Part shown: in pieces, positions 9,459 through 19,426 of the stretch | How the letters are laid out: each line of letters opens with the position of its first letter | How positions within the stretch are numbered: position 1 is the first letter of the stretch | Sequence record: LR535910.1 | Strand: one strand, 5' to 3' | DNA: 64,000 nt | Notes under the pieces: model-generated | Seen by the model: the letters and a program-made list of their open reading frames with translations, nothing else | Databases searched by the model: none | Told to the model about the DNA's origin: nothing | Translations under genes and position numbers: made by a program

Positions 9459-9500
9459 TTTCAGATATATATTACTTAGGTGAGAGTTAACCATTAACTC
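9459..9500 (+). promoter_or_regulatory. Putative early phage promoter (TATATTAC core) with downstream GAGTTAA hairpin
   Basis: TTTCAGATATATATTACTTAGGTGA then GAGTTAA-CCA-TTAACTC; near-identical copy at 61160. TATATTAC is the described phiKZ early promoter core. Confidence 0.7.
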
Positions 9501-9535
9501 TTATCTAATCGACCATTATCTTAAGGAGTTTTAAC

Positions 9536-9982
9536 ATGTACATTCTGAATAACGAACTTACTAAGTACGCTAGCAAAAACCCGATTATGATTTCTTTCCT
9601 AATCGTGATGGCGGCCAACAAACAAGACCCTAGCGAATTCACTACTGAGGTCTTCGAAGAGATTATCGCTAACGCCAAAGAAGCCACGTTCCAGACCACA
9701 GAGCCTACTCGCGACGAGTTCCCCCTAGGTGAAGCCGGCGATGTAATGTTTAACGACATGGTTGCTTCGTACTACATCAATAGACGTGGCATGGAAATCG
9801 AATACGATGAACTTCCTACTAGCAGCTTTGCTGAAATGATTCGTGATTATCGTCGTCAAGTTGTCTCTGACGATATCGTAAAAAAATACATGGCACAAAT
9901 CAGCCCATTCAGTCTTGAATTCGAAAACCGCGCGGTTGCCTTAGCAACACATCGCCTGCGTTTAGAAAAAGAAGTACACTAA
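9536..9982 (+). CDS. Hypothetical early protein, 148 aa
   Basis: AAGGAG RBS; first gene after the promoter motif. Confidence 0.8.
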   Translation: MYILNNELTKYASKNPIMISFLIVMAANKQDPSEFTTEVFEEIIANAKEATFQTTEPTRDEFPLGEAGDVMFNDMVASYYINRRGMEIEYDELPTSSFAEMIRDYRRQVVSDDIVKKYMAQISPFSLEFENRAVALATHRLRLEKEVH

Positions 9983-10044
9983 TAATAACCCGGCGGGCAA
10001 AGTCCCGCCAATCAACCTGCAATCTACAAAAAAAGGAATATCCC

Positions 10045-10263
10045 ATGCGCAACCTCTTCTCCAAATCTGAAATCAAACCTATTGTTGAAACCACCGCCAA
10101 ACATAAGCCTGACATGATTGACCTGCTTCTGAAAATGTCTGCAGCAGAAGCCAAAGCTTTCATGAAAACAATGAAAGACGGCGATAAAATGATTGACAAT
10201 GTTGAAGTAACCTACGGTGTTAAAGACCGCCCAAAGAATAACGGCCTCGTGTGGGTCTGTTAA
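10045..10263 (+). CDS. Small hypothetical protein, 72 aa
   Basis: AAGGA RBS; Lys/Met-rich. Confidence 0.65.
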   Translation: MRNLFSKSEIKPIVETTAKHKPDMIDLLLKMSAAEAKAFMKTMKDGDKMIDNVEVTYGVKDRPKNNGLVWVC

Positions 10264-10284
10264 TCGACGATTGAGGATAAAGTC

Positions 10285-10716
10285 GTGAACGTAATCAAAA
10301 AGCTGAACGGCGATACTTTCCATGCTCTGATGCCGAAGGGTGCACGTATTCGGATAAACAACAAAAACAAACCCTATAAGACGGACTACACGTTCGACGC
10401 CACTGACCATGCATTCGGTATCTGCGACGAAGGGACGAACGATGTCAAATGGATTATCGTGGTATACGAAACGTCTAGTGGGTATAAGTTCTGGGATGCC
10501 TATGAACTGCAGAAGGGCTATTGGTGGTATGTCAGTTGGGAAGCTTTCAATGACAAGGTATCTTATTCGTGGAACGACTTCCCGCACTTTTGCTGGGATA
10601 GTTGGTTTCAAGAGTGCGGGGATAAGATTTCTGATCTTGTCCAGGAACTCTACAAACACTACAAAGAACACAATGGAAACTTCGTCTATCCTGAATGGGA
10701 ACTGCCGAAGTCGTGA
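10285..10716 (+). CDS. Hypothetical aromatic-rich protein, 143 aa
   Basis: GAGGA RBS before GTG; terminator follows. Confidence 0.75.
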   Translation: MNVIKKLNGDTFHALMPKGARIRINNKNKPYKTDYTFDATDHAFGICDEGTNDVKWIIVVYETSSGYKFWDAYELQKGYWWYVSWEAFNDKVSYSWNDFPHFCWDSWFQECGDKISDLVQELYKHYKEHNGNFVYPEWELPKS

Positions 10717-10720
10717 AGAA

Positions 10721-10765
10721 AAGGGAGCTTCGGCTCCCCTTCTTTTTTGTTTCCTTTTCTTTTTT
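10721..10765 (+). terminator. Rho-independent terminator
   Basis: GGGAGC-TTCG-GCTCCC followed by long T tracts. Confidence 0.85.
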
Positions 10766-10869
10766 TGTTTGCTCTTGTTCGGATTCTGGTACGCACTACG
10801 CTTTTAATATGCTGGCAGGGGGTCTAAAAATCTTACGACCTCAATAATCCCTTAACTCGAGTTAACGCG

Positions 10870-11667
10870 ATGTCTTTTACTTCAAAACAGAATCTGCTAA
10901 AACTCATCAACGAAGAGAATAAGATAAGCCCACCGCTTACCTTTGACGATGTTGATATCGGACTGCCGGAGGTTGTGTCAGTAGACGGTCGTGATTCGGA
11001 GGTAGTCCTTACCTCAAAAATGCGCGGTGATGAAGGTACGCAAGTGATTGTGGACTACCATCGTCGTCCATTAGAGGACTACCTTAAAGGCGATGTTGCC
11101 TTTGGAGACGAGGACGTGCAAACCACGCACGACTTACTCGCGGCGATTAACGAGCGTTTTAATCTGTCTATCTTACCTGAGGATATCGAAGATAACCCCA
11201 TTGATGGACAGACGCACACAGTCGTTGCTGTTGAAACTTCCCACGAGTGGCGAAGTCAAGCGGTCATCGAGCTGAAACCTGCTACACCTCTGGCAGAAGT
11301 AGTAACCAATACAGAGTTGAGCGGTCTTCTGTACCCGGATCACCAGGACATCCAGTTGGGTCAGGCGTATATCTATTCGCGTGACATCGATTGTAGCCAC
11401 ATCTCTCGTTTCCTGAGCCTCTTAGCGGTCGGTATCGAGGTAGATGACACGGCGTTGGCAATCGAACTCAACAAATGTGTTCCTGAGATTTGGGTAGCTG
11501 AAGATACCCCATCCCCGTATAACCTGCGTGGTGCCACTGTCGTATTCGACGGCGTACCTGCAGACTTGCCGGGAGCAAATACGGCGTTCGCGAAAGTCGT
11601 GTCAGTGCAACTGACCGATAAATGTACGAACTTCCAGGGCAGCCTCAACCTACACTTTAACAACTAG
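10870..11667 (+). CDS. Virion structural paralogue, class I (anchor domain plus C-terminal domain ending LHFN)
   Basis: LINEEN...RDS...YHRRPL N-terminus; VVTNTELSGLLYP linker; ends FQGSLNLHFNN. Confidence 0.75.
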   Translation: MSFTSKQNLLKLINEENKISPPLTFDDVDIGLPEVVSVDGRDSEVVLTSKMRGDEGTQVIVDYHRRPLEDYLKGDVAFGDEDVQTTHDLLAAINERFNLSILPEDIEDNPIDGQTHTVVAVETSHEWRSQAVIELKPATPLAEVVTNTELSGLLYPDHQDIQLGQAYIYSRDIDCSHISRFLSLLAVGIEVDDTALAIELNKCVPEIWVAEDTPSPYNLRGATVVFDGVPADLPGANTAFAKVVSVQLTDKCTNFQGSLNLHFNN

Positions 11668-11677
11668 GAGGGTATAG

Positions 11678-12520
11678 GTGTCTATTTACGATAAGCCCTC
11701 GAAAGAGATGTTGTTAGATGCTATTAACCGACAGAACGGATTAACGGCCAATCCACTCACATGGGAGCAGGTTGCAACTGGCTTCCCTGAGTCTGTCCAA
11801 ACGCCTGGCGCTGACCGGAATACACGTGTGCTCTTATACGGGTTGAACGGCAAGGGCTACAAAGGCAACGTTACGCTCGAATACGACCGTATCGAAATGG
11901 AAATTCTGTTCAGGAACGTAATACCGGTAGTCGTTGCCGACCCGGTAAATAAACTCTCTGAGTTGTTGCCGTTTCTGAATGCGAAATACGGCTTGTCTTT
12001 AGTTGCCGACGATATCGTTGACCAGTCAGTAAAAGATTTGGGAGAAAGCTGGTTAATCGATGTGACTATTAAGCCCGGTTGCTTGGCCTGGCAAGGTGGT
12101 TTCCGTTTACGCTTTGCGAAGTTCTTCCCGAACTTGGCGGATGTGGTTACGGATGTTGACCTCAGCGCAATTATCGCGCCGTTCGTGGTTGCTAGTAAAC
12201 CACAGGCTGAGTATGTGGCGTATGGTTACGATTGGACTGAACTGCAAAAACAGTTCACTACCGATTGGGCTTACAACCGCGCAATCACCGCGGCGGATGT
12301 TGAATTGCTTAACGAAGTGGTGCCATTAAAGTTTGCATATGTGACGGGGGCGACTGCGCAACCTGAACAAATTGCGCTTCAAGGTGCACGATATATGGGG
12401 ATAACTTCAGTCACACCGAACGATAGTTACAACCCCGATTATCAGCGTGTGGCGATTATCAAGCTAGCTGCGGACAGCAACTACGCCGGTAATCTCATCC
12501 TTCACTATCTCCCGATATAA
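11678..12520 (+). CDS. Virion structural paralogue, class I
   Basis: DAINRQN...RNTRV...GYKGNVTLEYDRI; ends GNLILHYLPI. Confidence 0.75.
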   Translation: MSIYDKPSKEMLLDAINRQNGLTANPLTWEQVATGFPESVQTPGADRNTRVLLYGLNGKGYKGNVTLEYDRIEMEILFRNVIPVVVADPVNKLSELLPFLNAKYGLSLVADDIVDQSVKDLGESWLIDVTIKPGCLAWQGGFRLRFAKFFPNLADVVTDVDLSAIIAPFVVASKPQAEYVAYGYDWTELQKQFTTDWAYNRAITAADVELLNEVVPLKFAYVTGATAQPEQIALQGARYMGITSVTPNDSYNPDYQRVAIIKLAADSNYAGNLILHYLPI

Positions 12521-12530
12521 GGATTTTGAC

Positions 12531-13376
12531 ATGCCACTTTTAGCCACTGCTGAAAAGATTATTATCGCGGAGGTTAACATCGAAAACAATCTCGATTTAA
12601 AAGTCGAAGATGTGGTTTTCGGCGTCCCTGCGATTCCGACGTCTGACGAAGACCTGGCAAAAGCCAATGGTCATAACGCGATGGTGCGCATTCAGGCATT
12701 GGCCACCGCTAATGCTATCGGTGCCACTACCGTGTATTACGATCGTGTTGACTTCGCAGACATGTTTACCGACCCAGACGGAATTCAACCTTTACGTGTT
12801 CCTGCACGACTCGATACCGTATACCGGATGCACGACGTGGTCGGGTTAATTAACCAGTATTACGGTCTCAGCCTTAAACCTGCAGATGTGGTGAATACCG
12901 AAATCGACAGGAAGACATGGCGTGTGGATCTGATTGCCACGCCCACTTCTTTAGGTTGGATAGGGCAACAACAGGTACAGCTGTTACCAGGCGATGCGTT
13001 GCTTCCTGCAAACTTCGAACCCTTAACAGTGACACCTTACGAGTATCCGTATTTCAACATCAAGGTCGGTCAAGGTGCAGTCTATTCGTATCCCTGGCGC
13101 TTTGATAATTTCGCGGAGGAATTTCAACGACTAGGTGCTGCGATAACCGCAGAACGTCTGGCACAGATTCTCAAAACGGTCACCGGTGATAACTGGACAA
13201 CGTACCGTAACCCAATCGACTTTAACCTTCGTGAAGCCGTCGTCGTCTATAACGGGCGTAACAAAGCGGAATTACCAACCAACCCAGCAGTCGACAACGT
13301 GCTGATTGTGGAGCTGTCGTTGTACTGTCTGAATTTTGGCGGGCGTTTGTATTTGCACTACAACGACCCTGATTAA
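12531..13376 (+). CDS. Virion structural paralogue, class I
   Basis: AEVNIEN...HNAMV...VYYDRV; ends GGRLYLHYNDPD. Confidence 0.75.
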   Translation: MPLLATAEKIIIAEVNIENNLDLKVEDVVFGVPAIPTSDEDLAKANGHNAMVRIQALATANAIGATTVYYDRVDFADMFTDPDGIQPLRVPARLDTVYRMHDVVGLINQYYGLSLKPADVVNTEIDRKTWRVDLIATPTSLGWIGQQQVQLLPGDALLPANFEPLTVTPYEYPYFNIKVGQGAVYSYPWRFDNFAEEFQRLGAAITAERLAQILKTVTGDNWTTYRNPIDFNLREAVVVYNGRNKAELPTNPAVDNVLIVELSLYCLNFGGRLYLHYNDPD

Positions 13377-13397
13377 TCCTGAGTAAAGGAAGTAAGA

Positions 13398-14309
13398 ATG
13401 AAACCTTTAAACAAAACGTCCGATCAGCTGGTTCTGGATTTTATTAATGAGAAAAACCCAGACGCAGAACTGGAACTTTCTAAAATAACGCTCGGCACAC
13501 CGACCCCTATTAGCGATGAAGGTGCCGATCGCAATACCAGCATGACCCTGACTGCGAAAAAGAACTCCGGGTACATCGGTACTCAGGACGTGACTTATAA
13601 TCGCCTGGAAGGCAGTGCGCTGTTCCGTAATGTAACAGCATACCTCGACGTTAAACTGCCGAAAACCACCACAGACCTGCTGACGACCCTGAACACCCAA
13701 TACGGATTGAAGCTGACCGAAGACGATATCGTTCCGGCGGCTATTCCGGAAAATACCAACCCGCCGCTGACTAACCCGAACGATCCGGACCCAGCACCGG
13801 TTGACCATGTCATTACCTTCAAAGAAGACTGCTACGCTTATCTGGGCAGCATCCCGGTTAAAATCGGTGCTAAGCCTCAGGTTGGTGAACGTCTGAGTCT
13901 GGTGGTAACACAAACCAAGCTCGACGGCCTGGTTTACCCAGATGGTCCAAGCGAAGCGAAGGGTCAGGGCTACATCTACTCTTACGGTGTAGACTGCACA
14001 GCAATCGCAGCATTCCTGAAAGTACAGGCGAAAGGTGTTATCGCTGGCGACTCTGCATTCCCGGTTGAGCTGAATAAAGTTGTGCCGGAACTGTGGGTTG
14101 CATCTGATGAGCCTGCGGATTATAACCTGAAAGGTGCTAACGTGTTGTACGTTGGTTCTACTACTGATGATGGCACTGCTTCAGGCGACGATCCTAAGAA
14201 ACCGGTTGAAGGTGCAAACACTGCTTACAACCAGGTTCTGCTGCTGCAGCTGGATGACACTCTGTGCACCAACTTCCAGGGCGTCATGTACCTGCACTTT
14301 AATGCCTAA
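13398..14309 (+). CDS. Virion structural paralogue, class I (probably abundant)
   Basis: DFINEKN...RNTSM...GYIGTQDVTYNRL; ends FQGVMYLHFNA; visibly rich in CTG/CCG/AAC codons; own terminator. Confidence 0.8.
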   Translation: MKPLNKTSDQLVLDFINEKNPDAELELSKITLGTPTPISDEGADRNTSMTLTAKKNSGYIGTQDVTYNRLEGSALFRNVTAYLDVKLPKTTTDLLTTLNTQYGLKLTEDDIVPAAIPENTNPPLTNPNDPDPAPVDHVITFKEDCYAYLGSIPVKIGAKPQVGERLSLVVTQTKLDGLVYPDGPSEAKGQGYIYSYGVDCTAIAAFLKVQAKGVIAGDSAFPVELNKVVPELWVASDEPADYNLKGANVLYVGSTTDDGTASGDDPKKPVEGANTAYNQVLLLQLDDTLCTNFQGVMYLHFNA

Positions 14310-14322
14310 TTAGGCCTCGCTG

Positions 14323-14362
14323 GGAGGAGGAAATCCTCCTCCTGGCTACTCCTTTCTTTTTT
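14323..14362 (+). terminator. Putative terminator
   Basis: GGAGGAGG-AAAT-CCTCCTCC stem, T tract about 10 nt downstream. Confidence 0.6.
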
Positions 14363-14378
14363 GGCCGAGGAGGCTATT

Positions 14379-15218
14379 ATGGCTTTATATAGTCTGTCTC
14401 AGCGACAATATCTGTACGATGCGATTAATGCCGAAAACCCGGATGCTGTTCTACCGATGGGTTTAGACAATGCTATCATCGGTACGCCGAAAGCAATCAC
14501 ACCGACAGCAAGCGGTGCCAATACTGAGATTATCATTCGTGGTCGTCAAGGTCGTGGCTATATCGGTCCTCAGACGTTCCGTTATAAGCGCTTGTCGCTG
14601 AACGACTTATTTAAGAACATGACACCTCAGGTAACTGCACCGAATGCCTACGGTTGGTTGAACGTGGAGTCGAAACGTACTGCGTTTGCGCAGAACCTGA
14701 ACGGTCGTTATGGATTAAACCTGGTTGCAGACGATATCCCAGAACAATACGTTTATCTGAACGTAAACAACACGATGCGTATTAACGCTAGCTGTATCCA
14801 ATACACTGGCAGCATCACCTTTATGTCTATCCGGGGCAAGAATAGTCTCGAAGACCTCGTGGTAAACGACATCTTGTCGGCTTTGAACCACCCTGCAGCA
14901 GCAAGCACTGGTAAGAAATACATGGGCTTCTTGACGTACGGGGAAGACTTTACCGATGAAGTGCAGGTTATGGCCTCGTTTAAGAACGGGCGAATGGACG
15001 TAGGAAGTAACTTTGATTTGGGTTACACGTCCAATCTGATGGCCACATTGGTCGCACGTGGGGTACCGTCGTTTGATCCGACGAACTGCACAATTACCCG
15101 CTACAAAACGAGTGAGTTGGCGACCGCCAATAAAGCGTACGATAACGTATTGCTGATTACCGGCATTCAGAACGACCCGAAAGTAATCGGCGAGTGTATG
15201 TTGCACTACAACAACTAG
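14379..15218 (+). CDS. Virion structural paralogue, class I
   Basis: GAGGAGG RBS before ATG 14379; DAINAEN...ANTEI...GYIGPQTFRYKRL; ends GECMLHYNN. Confidence 0.75.
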   Translation: MALYSLSQRQYLYDAINAENPDAVLPMGLDNAIIGTPKAITPTASGANTEIIIRGRQGRGYIGPQTFRYKRLSLNDLFKNMTPQVTAPNAYGWLNVESKRTAFAQNLNGRYGLNLVADDIPEQYVYLNVNNTMRINASCIQYTGSITFMSIRGKNSLEDLVVNDILSALNHPAAASTGKKYMGFLTYGEDFTDEVQVMASFKNGRMDVGSNFDLGYTSNLMATLVARGVPSFDPTNCTITRYKTSELATANKAYDNVLLITGIQNDPKVIGECMLHYNN

Positions 15219-15228
15219 GAATTAGCGA

Positions 15229-16116
15229 ATGGCTATTTATCAACCTTCTAAAGACGTCCTGTTGGCAGCAGTGAACGCACAGAACTCGCTTGCTGTTAAG
15301 ATGACTGACATCATCTGGTCCTCGCCAAAGGACATCCGTGGTACGGAGAAGGAAACGCTGACTAACCGTAACACGCAAATTAAAATTACGGCAGATGGGG
15401 TAACGGGCTCTACCTGGTCGGGTAAGAAAAATGTCTTCTACAACCGCATGAAAGTCGAAGACTTGTTAGTGTTGATTGGTGACACGTTGGCGATCGGCCC
15501 ATCCAACGAAACCTTGTATGCGGCCATTCCTGGACTGAACCAACGTTACGGTTTTGTTCTGGAAGAAGCTGACCTGCAGGACGCAGATATCGAATGGAAC
15601 GGTGATAAGACCGAAGGAACTGTGCGTGTTGTTGCACATCCTGAGTCTATCGGTTGGGTTGGACAGGCGACATTTAAAGTCGTGAAAGGCGATGAGTCGT
15701 TAGTCTCTGCGGTCACCACTAACGTCCTGACCGGTCTGAAATACCCGAACGGTCAGATGGGTTCCGAAACCGTTACTGCGGTCATTGCAGAGGTTTATTC
15801 CTACCCGTACAACTTCACCAAATACCGTGATGAGTTGCTGGCATACGTGCCGGGTATTCTGTCCGGACAGCCGTTAACGGATATGGTTAACCTGCTGAAA
15901 GATATCACGGGTACTGCATGGGTAGCGACCACCTCCGCTTCCTACGGTTTGGCGGGCGCGGAGGTTATCAGCGTTGGTCTGAATGACCCTGTTGCAATGC
16001 CGACAAACGCGAAGTACAAGTATGCGCTGGTGTTGAAACTGCCTGTTACCTGTACCACCATCGTCGGAACGTTGTATCTCCAGTTCAACGATCTGGACGA
16101 TCCAAGCGAGGTATAA
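15229..16116 (+). CDS. Virion structural paralogue, class I
   Basis: AAVNAQN...RNTQI...FYNRM; VTTNVLTGLKYP linker; ends GTLYLQFND. Confidence 0.75.
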   Translation: MAIYQPSKDVLLAAVNAQNSLAVKMTDIIWSSPKDIRGTEKETLTNRNTQIKITADGVTGSTWSGKKNVFYNRMKVEDLLVLIGDTLAIGPSNETLYAAIPGLNQRYGFVLEEADLQDADIEWNGDKTEGTVRVVAHPESIGWVGQATFKVVKGDESLVSAVTTNVLTGLKYPNGQMGSETVTAVIAEVYSYPYNFTKYRDELLAYVPGILSGQPLTDMVNLLKDITGTAWVATTSASYGLAGAEVISVGLNDPVAMPTNAKYKYALVLKLPVTCTTIVGTLYLQFNDLDDPSEV

Positions 16117-16119
16117 TTG

Positions 16120-16947
16120 ATGATCAACTATGCTAAGCCGTCAAACGAGTTGGTCTTTGACCTCATTAACCGGGATAACCCAAACCTACCTATTAAAGCG
16201 TCGCCGGCAAACTGCTACGTGGAGAAAGTGACGCAGGTTCCCGTTAATGCAGCTTCCAACAACCGCAATACGTCGGCACGCTTGCGCGGTATTCAGGGTT
16301 CCGGATTTCGAGACGCAATCACCGTTTACTACGACCGTGTGAACTTAGCGCGGTTATTGCCGTGGGGTCCTTCTGTCCAGGCGCAGTTCGTCACGTTTGA
16401 CGCGCCCAACCTCCACTCAGCCTTTTCGGTGCTCTTGGATACTTACGGAGTAAACTTCTCCGCAATCGATATCCAAAACTACTCACTGTTTGGTGCCAAT
16501 ACCCCAAATTACACCAATACACAGACCATTGCAGCGCTATCGACATCTCCGGCTTATATCGGTTCTGCGACGTTGCGTTATAACCGTGGTTTACCGGTAC
16601 TAGACACTTCGGTGAAATCAGATGTCTTGAATGCGATTCAAGAGCCTATTTCACCGTCTCTCGGTAAGAAGTGTATTGATTTGTTGACGTACGGTATTGA
16701 CTTTACCGCGTATAAAAACCTACTGACAGTAGATGCTTCTGGCCTACCGCAGTGGGCTGGTTTGCGTAAGGTGTTGGATGACCTGGGTATTCCGAACTAC
16801 GCGGGGCCACTGAACAGTAACACCGTTCAGGATGTGCCGACTTCCACCGCTCAGTTCGCTAACAAATCGTACGACCGCGTGGTTATCCAAACGGGCATCG
16901 ATGAGGAAGGCGTGAAAGGCGTGGCGTACTACCACTATAACAGCTAA
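16120..16947 (+). CDS. Virion structural paralogue, class I
   Basis: DLINRDN...RNTSA...VYYDRV; ends GVKGVAYYHYNS. Confidence 0.75.
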   Translation: MINYAKPSNELVFDLINRDNPNLPIKASPANCYVEKVTQVPVNAASNNRNTSARLRGIQGSGFRDAITVYYDRVNLARLLPWGPSVQAQFVTFDAPNLHSAFSVLLDTYGVNFSAIDIQNYSLFGANTPNYTNTQTIAALSTSPAYIGSATLRYNRGLPVLDTSVKSDVLNAIQEPISPSLGKKCIDLLTYGIDFTAYKNLLTVDASGLPQWAGLRKVLDDLGIPNYAGPLNSNTVQDVPTSTAQFANKSYDRVVIQTGIDEEGVKGVAYYHYNS

Positions 16948-16952
16948 GTGTA

Positions 16953-16977
16953 GGGGCTCTTCGGAGCCCCATCTTTT
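16953..16977 (+). terminator. Rho-independent terminator
   Basis: GGGGCTC-TTCG-GAGCCCC followed by ATCTTTT. Confidence 0.75.
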
Positions 16978-16994
16978 GGCGATGCGGAGTCCCT

Positions 16995-18407
16995 ATGCTA
17001 TTTTACTCGAAGGAGTCGGCACTGCTTGTATACGACCAAGTCAATCGGGATAATCCTGATTTAGTTGTTAAGCTGACGCCGGCTATCGCTGCTTTAACCA
17101 GCGGCCCAACTTCAGTTACGTTAAACCAGCGTAACACCAAAGCTGTTTTCACCGGGTATCCAGGGACAGGTGTACAAGGTAATGTTACCGTGTACTACGA
17201 CCGGATTAACCTGGCCACTTTATTTAATTTTGTGCCGACTGTGGCTATCAAAGATACAGTCTTAACGGTACGAGACGCGCTACCTGCAATAAACGACGCA
17301 TTGGGGCTTACATTAGTTGCTTCTGATTTGCAGTCACCTGACGCAAGTTTACCTAAACCGAGCGCTTCGCCGCAGACGTTGAAATTAAATATCTCAGGTA
17401 ATTGCCCTGCGTTTACAGGCAGCTTAACGATACGTTATACCGTCCCGAGTGGTGCAATTTACCCCGATTCTGGACCTGGCCCTAAAACGTTGCTGCAAGG
17501 TAACACTATCGCGGGTTATTTCGGAACAACCACAATTGCAGAGTTGTTTACACACTCTCAACTTCTTAATGCCACTATATCGGCCGGTGCGTTACCACCG
17601 GTACATTCTGGTGCCGAAGGTTGGTACAAGTTCTTTTACCAGGGTAGGGTTATTTACCTCCCGATTAGTCCTGTCGCTAGCTCCATCTCCTGGAATACGT
17701 TATATACAAACGGACTCGTTTACGGAACAGACGATAATGGTAAATACCCTGCGGCGACGCCCGTTAACCAGGGACGCATCATTAGCTTTACAGGCGCAGA
17801 CAACAAAAGGTTTTACTTCCGCGTTCGTCTACCTAGTGCCGGGAAAGACCCATACGTCAGCGGCACCCCAACTGCCGCTGAGTTAGCAGGTAGTGAGTTT
17901 GAGATGTTCAACTTTCTGTATAATGGAACGTGGGACAAACCGATTAACAGTTACTGGACGCTGTTCTGTTTATTGAAAGATACACTGAACACCAACGTCG
18001 CCAATCATCGCATGGCGACGTTGTCTGGAGCCAGTTGGACAAACTTAGGAAAATCATCGAGCGCAGGCAACTACTACTGGTTCCCGGTGCTAGAGTTGGT
18101 GGATAAGTCCACAGTTACCTTGGGTTTAGAAGATATCCATGGTGCGGTAGATTACAGTCTCCAACCGTGCAGCGTGTCCGCAGAAAACACGTTTAGTCTC
18201 AAGCCGTTGGTGCTCGGTAATCCAGATACTACCGATTTCGAACCGGTAGTTGTTACTTCAGAAAACAGTTTCGCACTGCATCCGCCTGCTTTAATGCTGC
18301 CGAAGACAGTCGACTTCCAACCCATTGCGGCTACCGCTGAAATGTATACGCCACCCGACAAGACATCGTTAACGTCACTTAACGGTGAACTGGACGGCTT
18401 TAAGTAG
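16995..18407 (+). CDS. Cassette 1 gene A: anchor domain, shared GPGP..GYFG domain, Pro-rich repeats, terminal NGELDGF
   Basis: Motifs VYYDRINL, SGPGPKTLLQG...GYFG, WYKFF, YWFPVLEL, TSLNGELDGFK. Confidence 0.75.
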   Translation: MLFYSKESALLVYDQVNRDNPDLVVKLTPAIAALTSGPTSVTLNQRNTKAVFTGYPGTGVQGNVTVYYDRINLATLFNFVPTVAIKDTVLTVRDALPAINDALGLTLVASDLQSPDASLPKPSASPQTLKLNISGNCPAFTGSLTIRYTVPSGAIYPDSGPGPKTLLQGNTIAGYFGTTTIAELFTHSQLLNATISAGALPPVHSGAEGWYKFFYQGRVIYLPISPVASSISWNTLYTNGLVYGTDDNGKYPAATPVNQGRIISFTGADNKRFYFRVRLPSAGKDPYVSGTPTAAELAGSEFEMFNFLYNGTWDKPINSYWTLFCLLKDTLNTNVANHRMATLSGASWTNLGKSSSAGNYYWFPVLELVDKSTVTLGLEDIHGAVDYSLQPCSVSAENTFSLKPLVLGNPDTTDFEPVVVTSENSFALHPPALMLPKTVDFQPIAATAEMYTPPDKTSLTSLNGELDGFK

Positions 18408-18418
18408 AGGTATCATCC

Positions 18419-19417
18419 ATGTCTTTTACTTTGCGTTGGAAAAATCCAAACGTAATCTCTACGGTAGTAAAAATCTACCGTGACGTTAAAGATATCACAC
18501 CGAGCGCTTTGCCTGAACCGATTGCAACGCTCTCAAATGGCGAGACAGAATGGCGTGATACCACCGCCGCACCAGGCGCAACCTATTATTACCTTCTGAC
18601 GGTAACCGCCAACGGTAAAACAGTGGCATCGTCTAGCCAGAAATACACCATTGAGATAAAGCGTGGGATTGGCCCAATGACTATTCTAAACGGTAACGAC
18701 CGTTTAGGGTTTATGGGTGCGGTTCCTTACGACGAACAATGGCTTCCGTCGCAAATGCCACCTGCATTTTTGGCGATGTTCCCTAATCTATTAACCGATC
18801 GTGTGGCGTTGTATAAATTTACCCGAAACGGGAAAATCTATTACATGCTATCTAACACGTCGCAGTTCCCGAATACGCCTGTGGACTGGGCTTCCCTCTA
18901 TCAAGCTGGTTTAGTCTACGGTACGGGCGATGCTGGCCCAGAGAACGGCCATGGAGCGCTACCGGCCACTCCACAAGACGCTAAGATAGTCCACAAAGGG
19001 GATACGTACATTATGCGTCTTCCTCGCGGCCTGACGATGTCTAGCGAGCCGCCTGCGTATCCTTTCGTAGCTGACTATAATGGGAAAACCCATGATGAAA
19101 TCGCTTCTCTAACCAACCCGTGTGAGTATAACGATTTGCTTTACACGATGGTTAACGAGGTGCCGTGGAAACAGCGTTGGGCTAACTGGGCAACGAACAG
19201 TTATACTTTTCTGGGGCAGGGTACTTTGGGAACCTCGGCAACGTATTTCGGCGGTGGTGTTCTCTGTATGGAACACGACACCACGGAAGACCGTGTGCTC
19301 CATCGTGGTATTTTTAACAATGCCGGTGGAACACCCGTATCCGCGATTCAGCGTATAAACTATTTATCACCCACCACGAAAGGGCGTTACTACCCTATCT
19401 TTGAACTGGTTGAGTAA
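18419..19417 (+). CDS. Cassette 1 gene B: FnIII-like N-terminal domain plus shared domain
   Basis: MSFTLRWKN...VKIYRD...ATLSNGETEWRD...YYY; paralogous to 21873 and 25229. Confidence 0.75.
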   Translation: MSFTLRWKNPNVISTVVKIYRDVKDITPSALPEPIATLSNGETEWRDTTAAPGATYYYLLTVTANGKTVASSSQKYTIEIKRGIGPMTILNGNDRLGFMGAVPYDEQWLPSQMPPAFLAMFPNLLTDRVALYKFTRNGKIYYMLSNTSQFPNTPVDWASLYQAGLVYGTGDAGPENGHGALPATPQDAKIVHKGDTYIMRLPRGLTMSSEPPAYPFVADYNGKTHDEIASLTNPCEYNDLLYTMVNEVPWKQRWANWATNSYTFLGQGTLGTSATYFGGGVLCMEHDTTEDRVLHRGIFNNAGGTPVSAIQRINYLSPTTKGRYYPIFELVE

Positions 19418-19426
19418 GGGGCAGTC

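Noticed and set aside
10024-10671. 215-aa minus-strand ORF
   Set aside because: Antisense to two plus-strand genes with good RBSs in a promoter-to-terminator unit.
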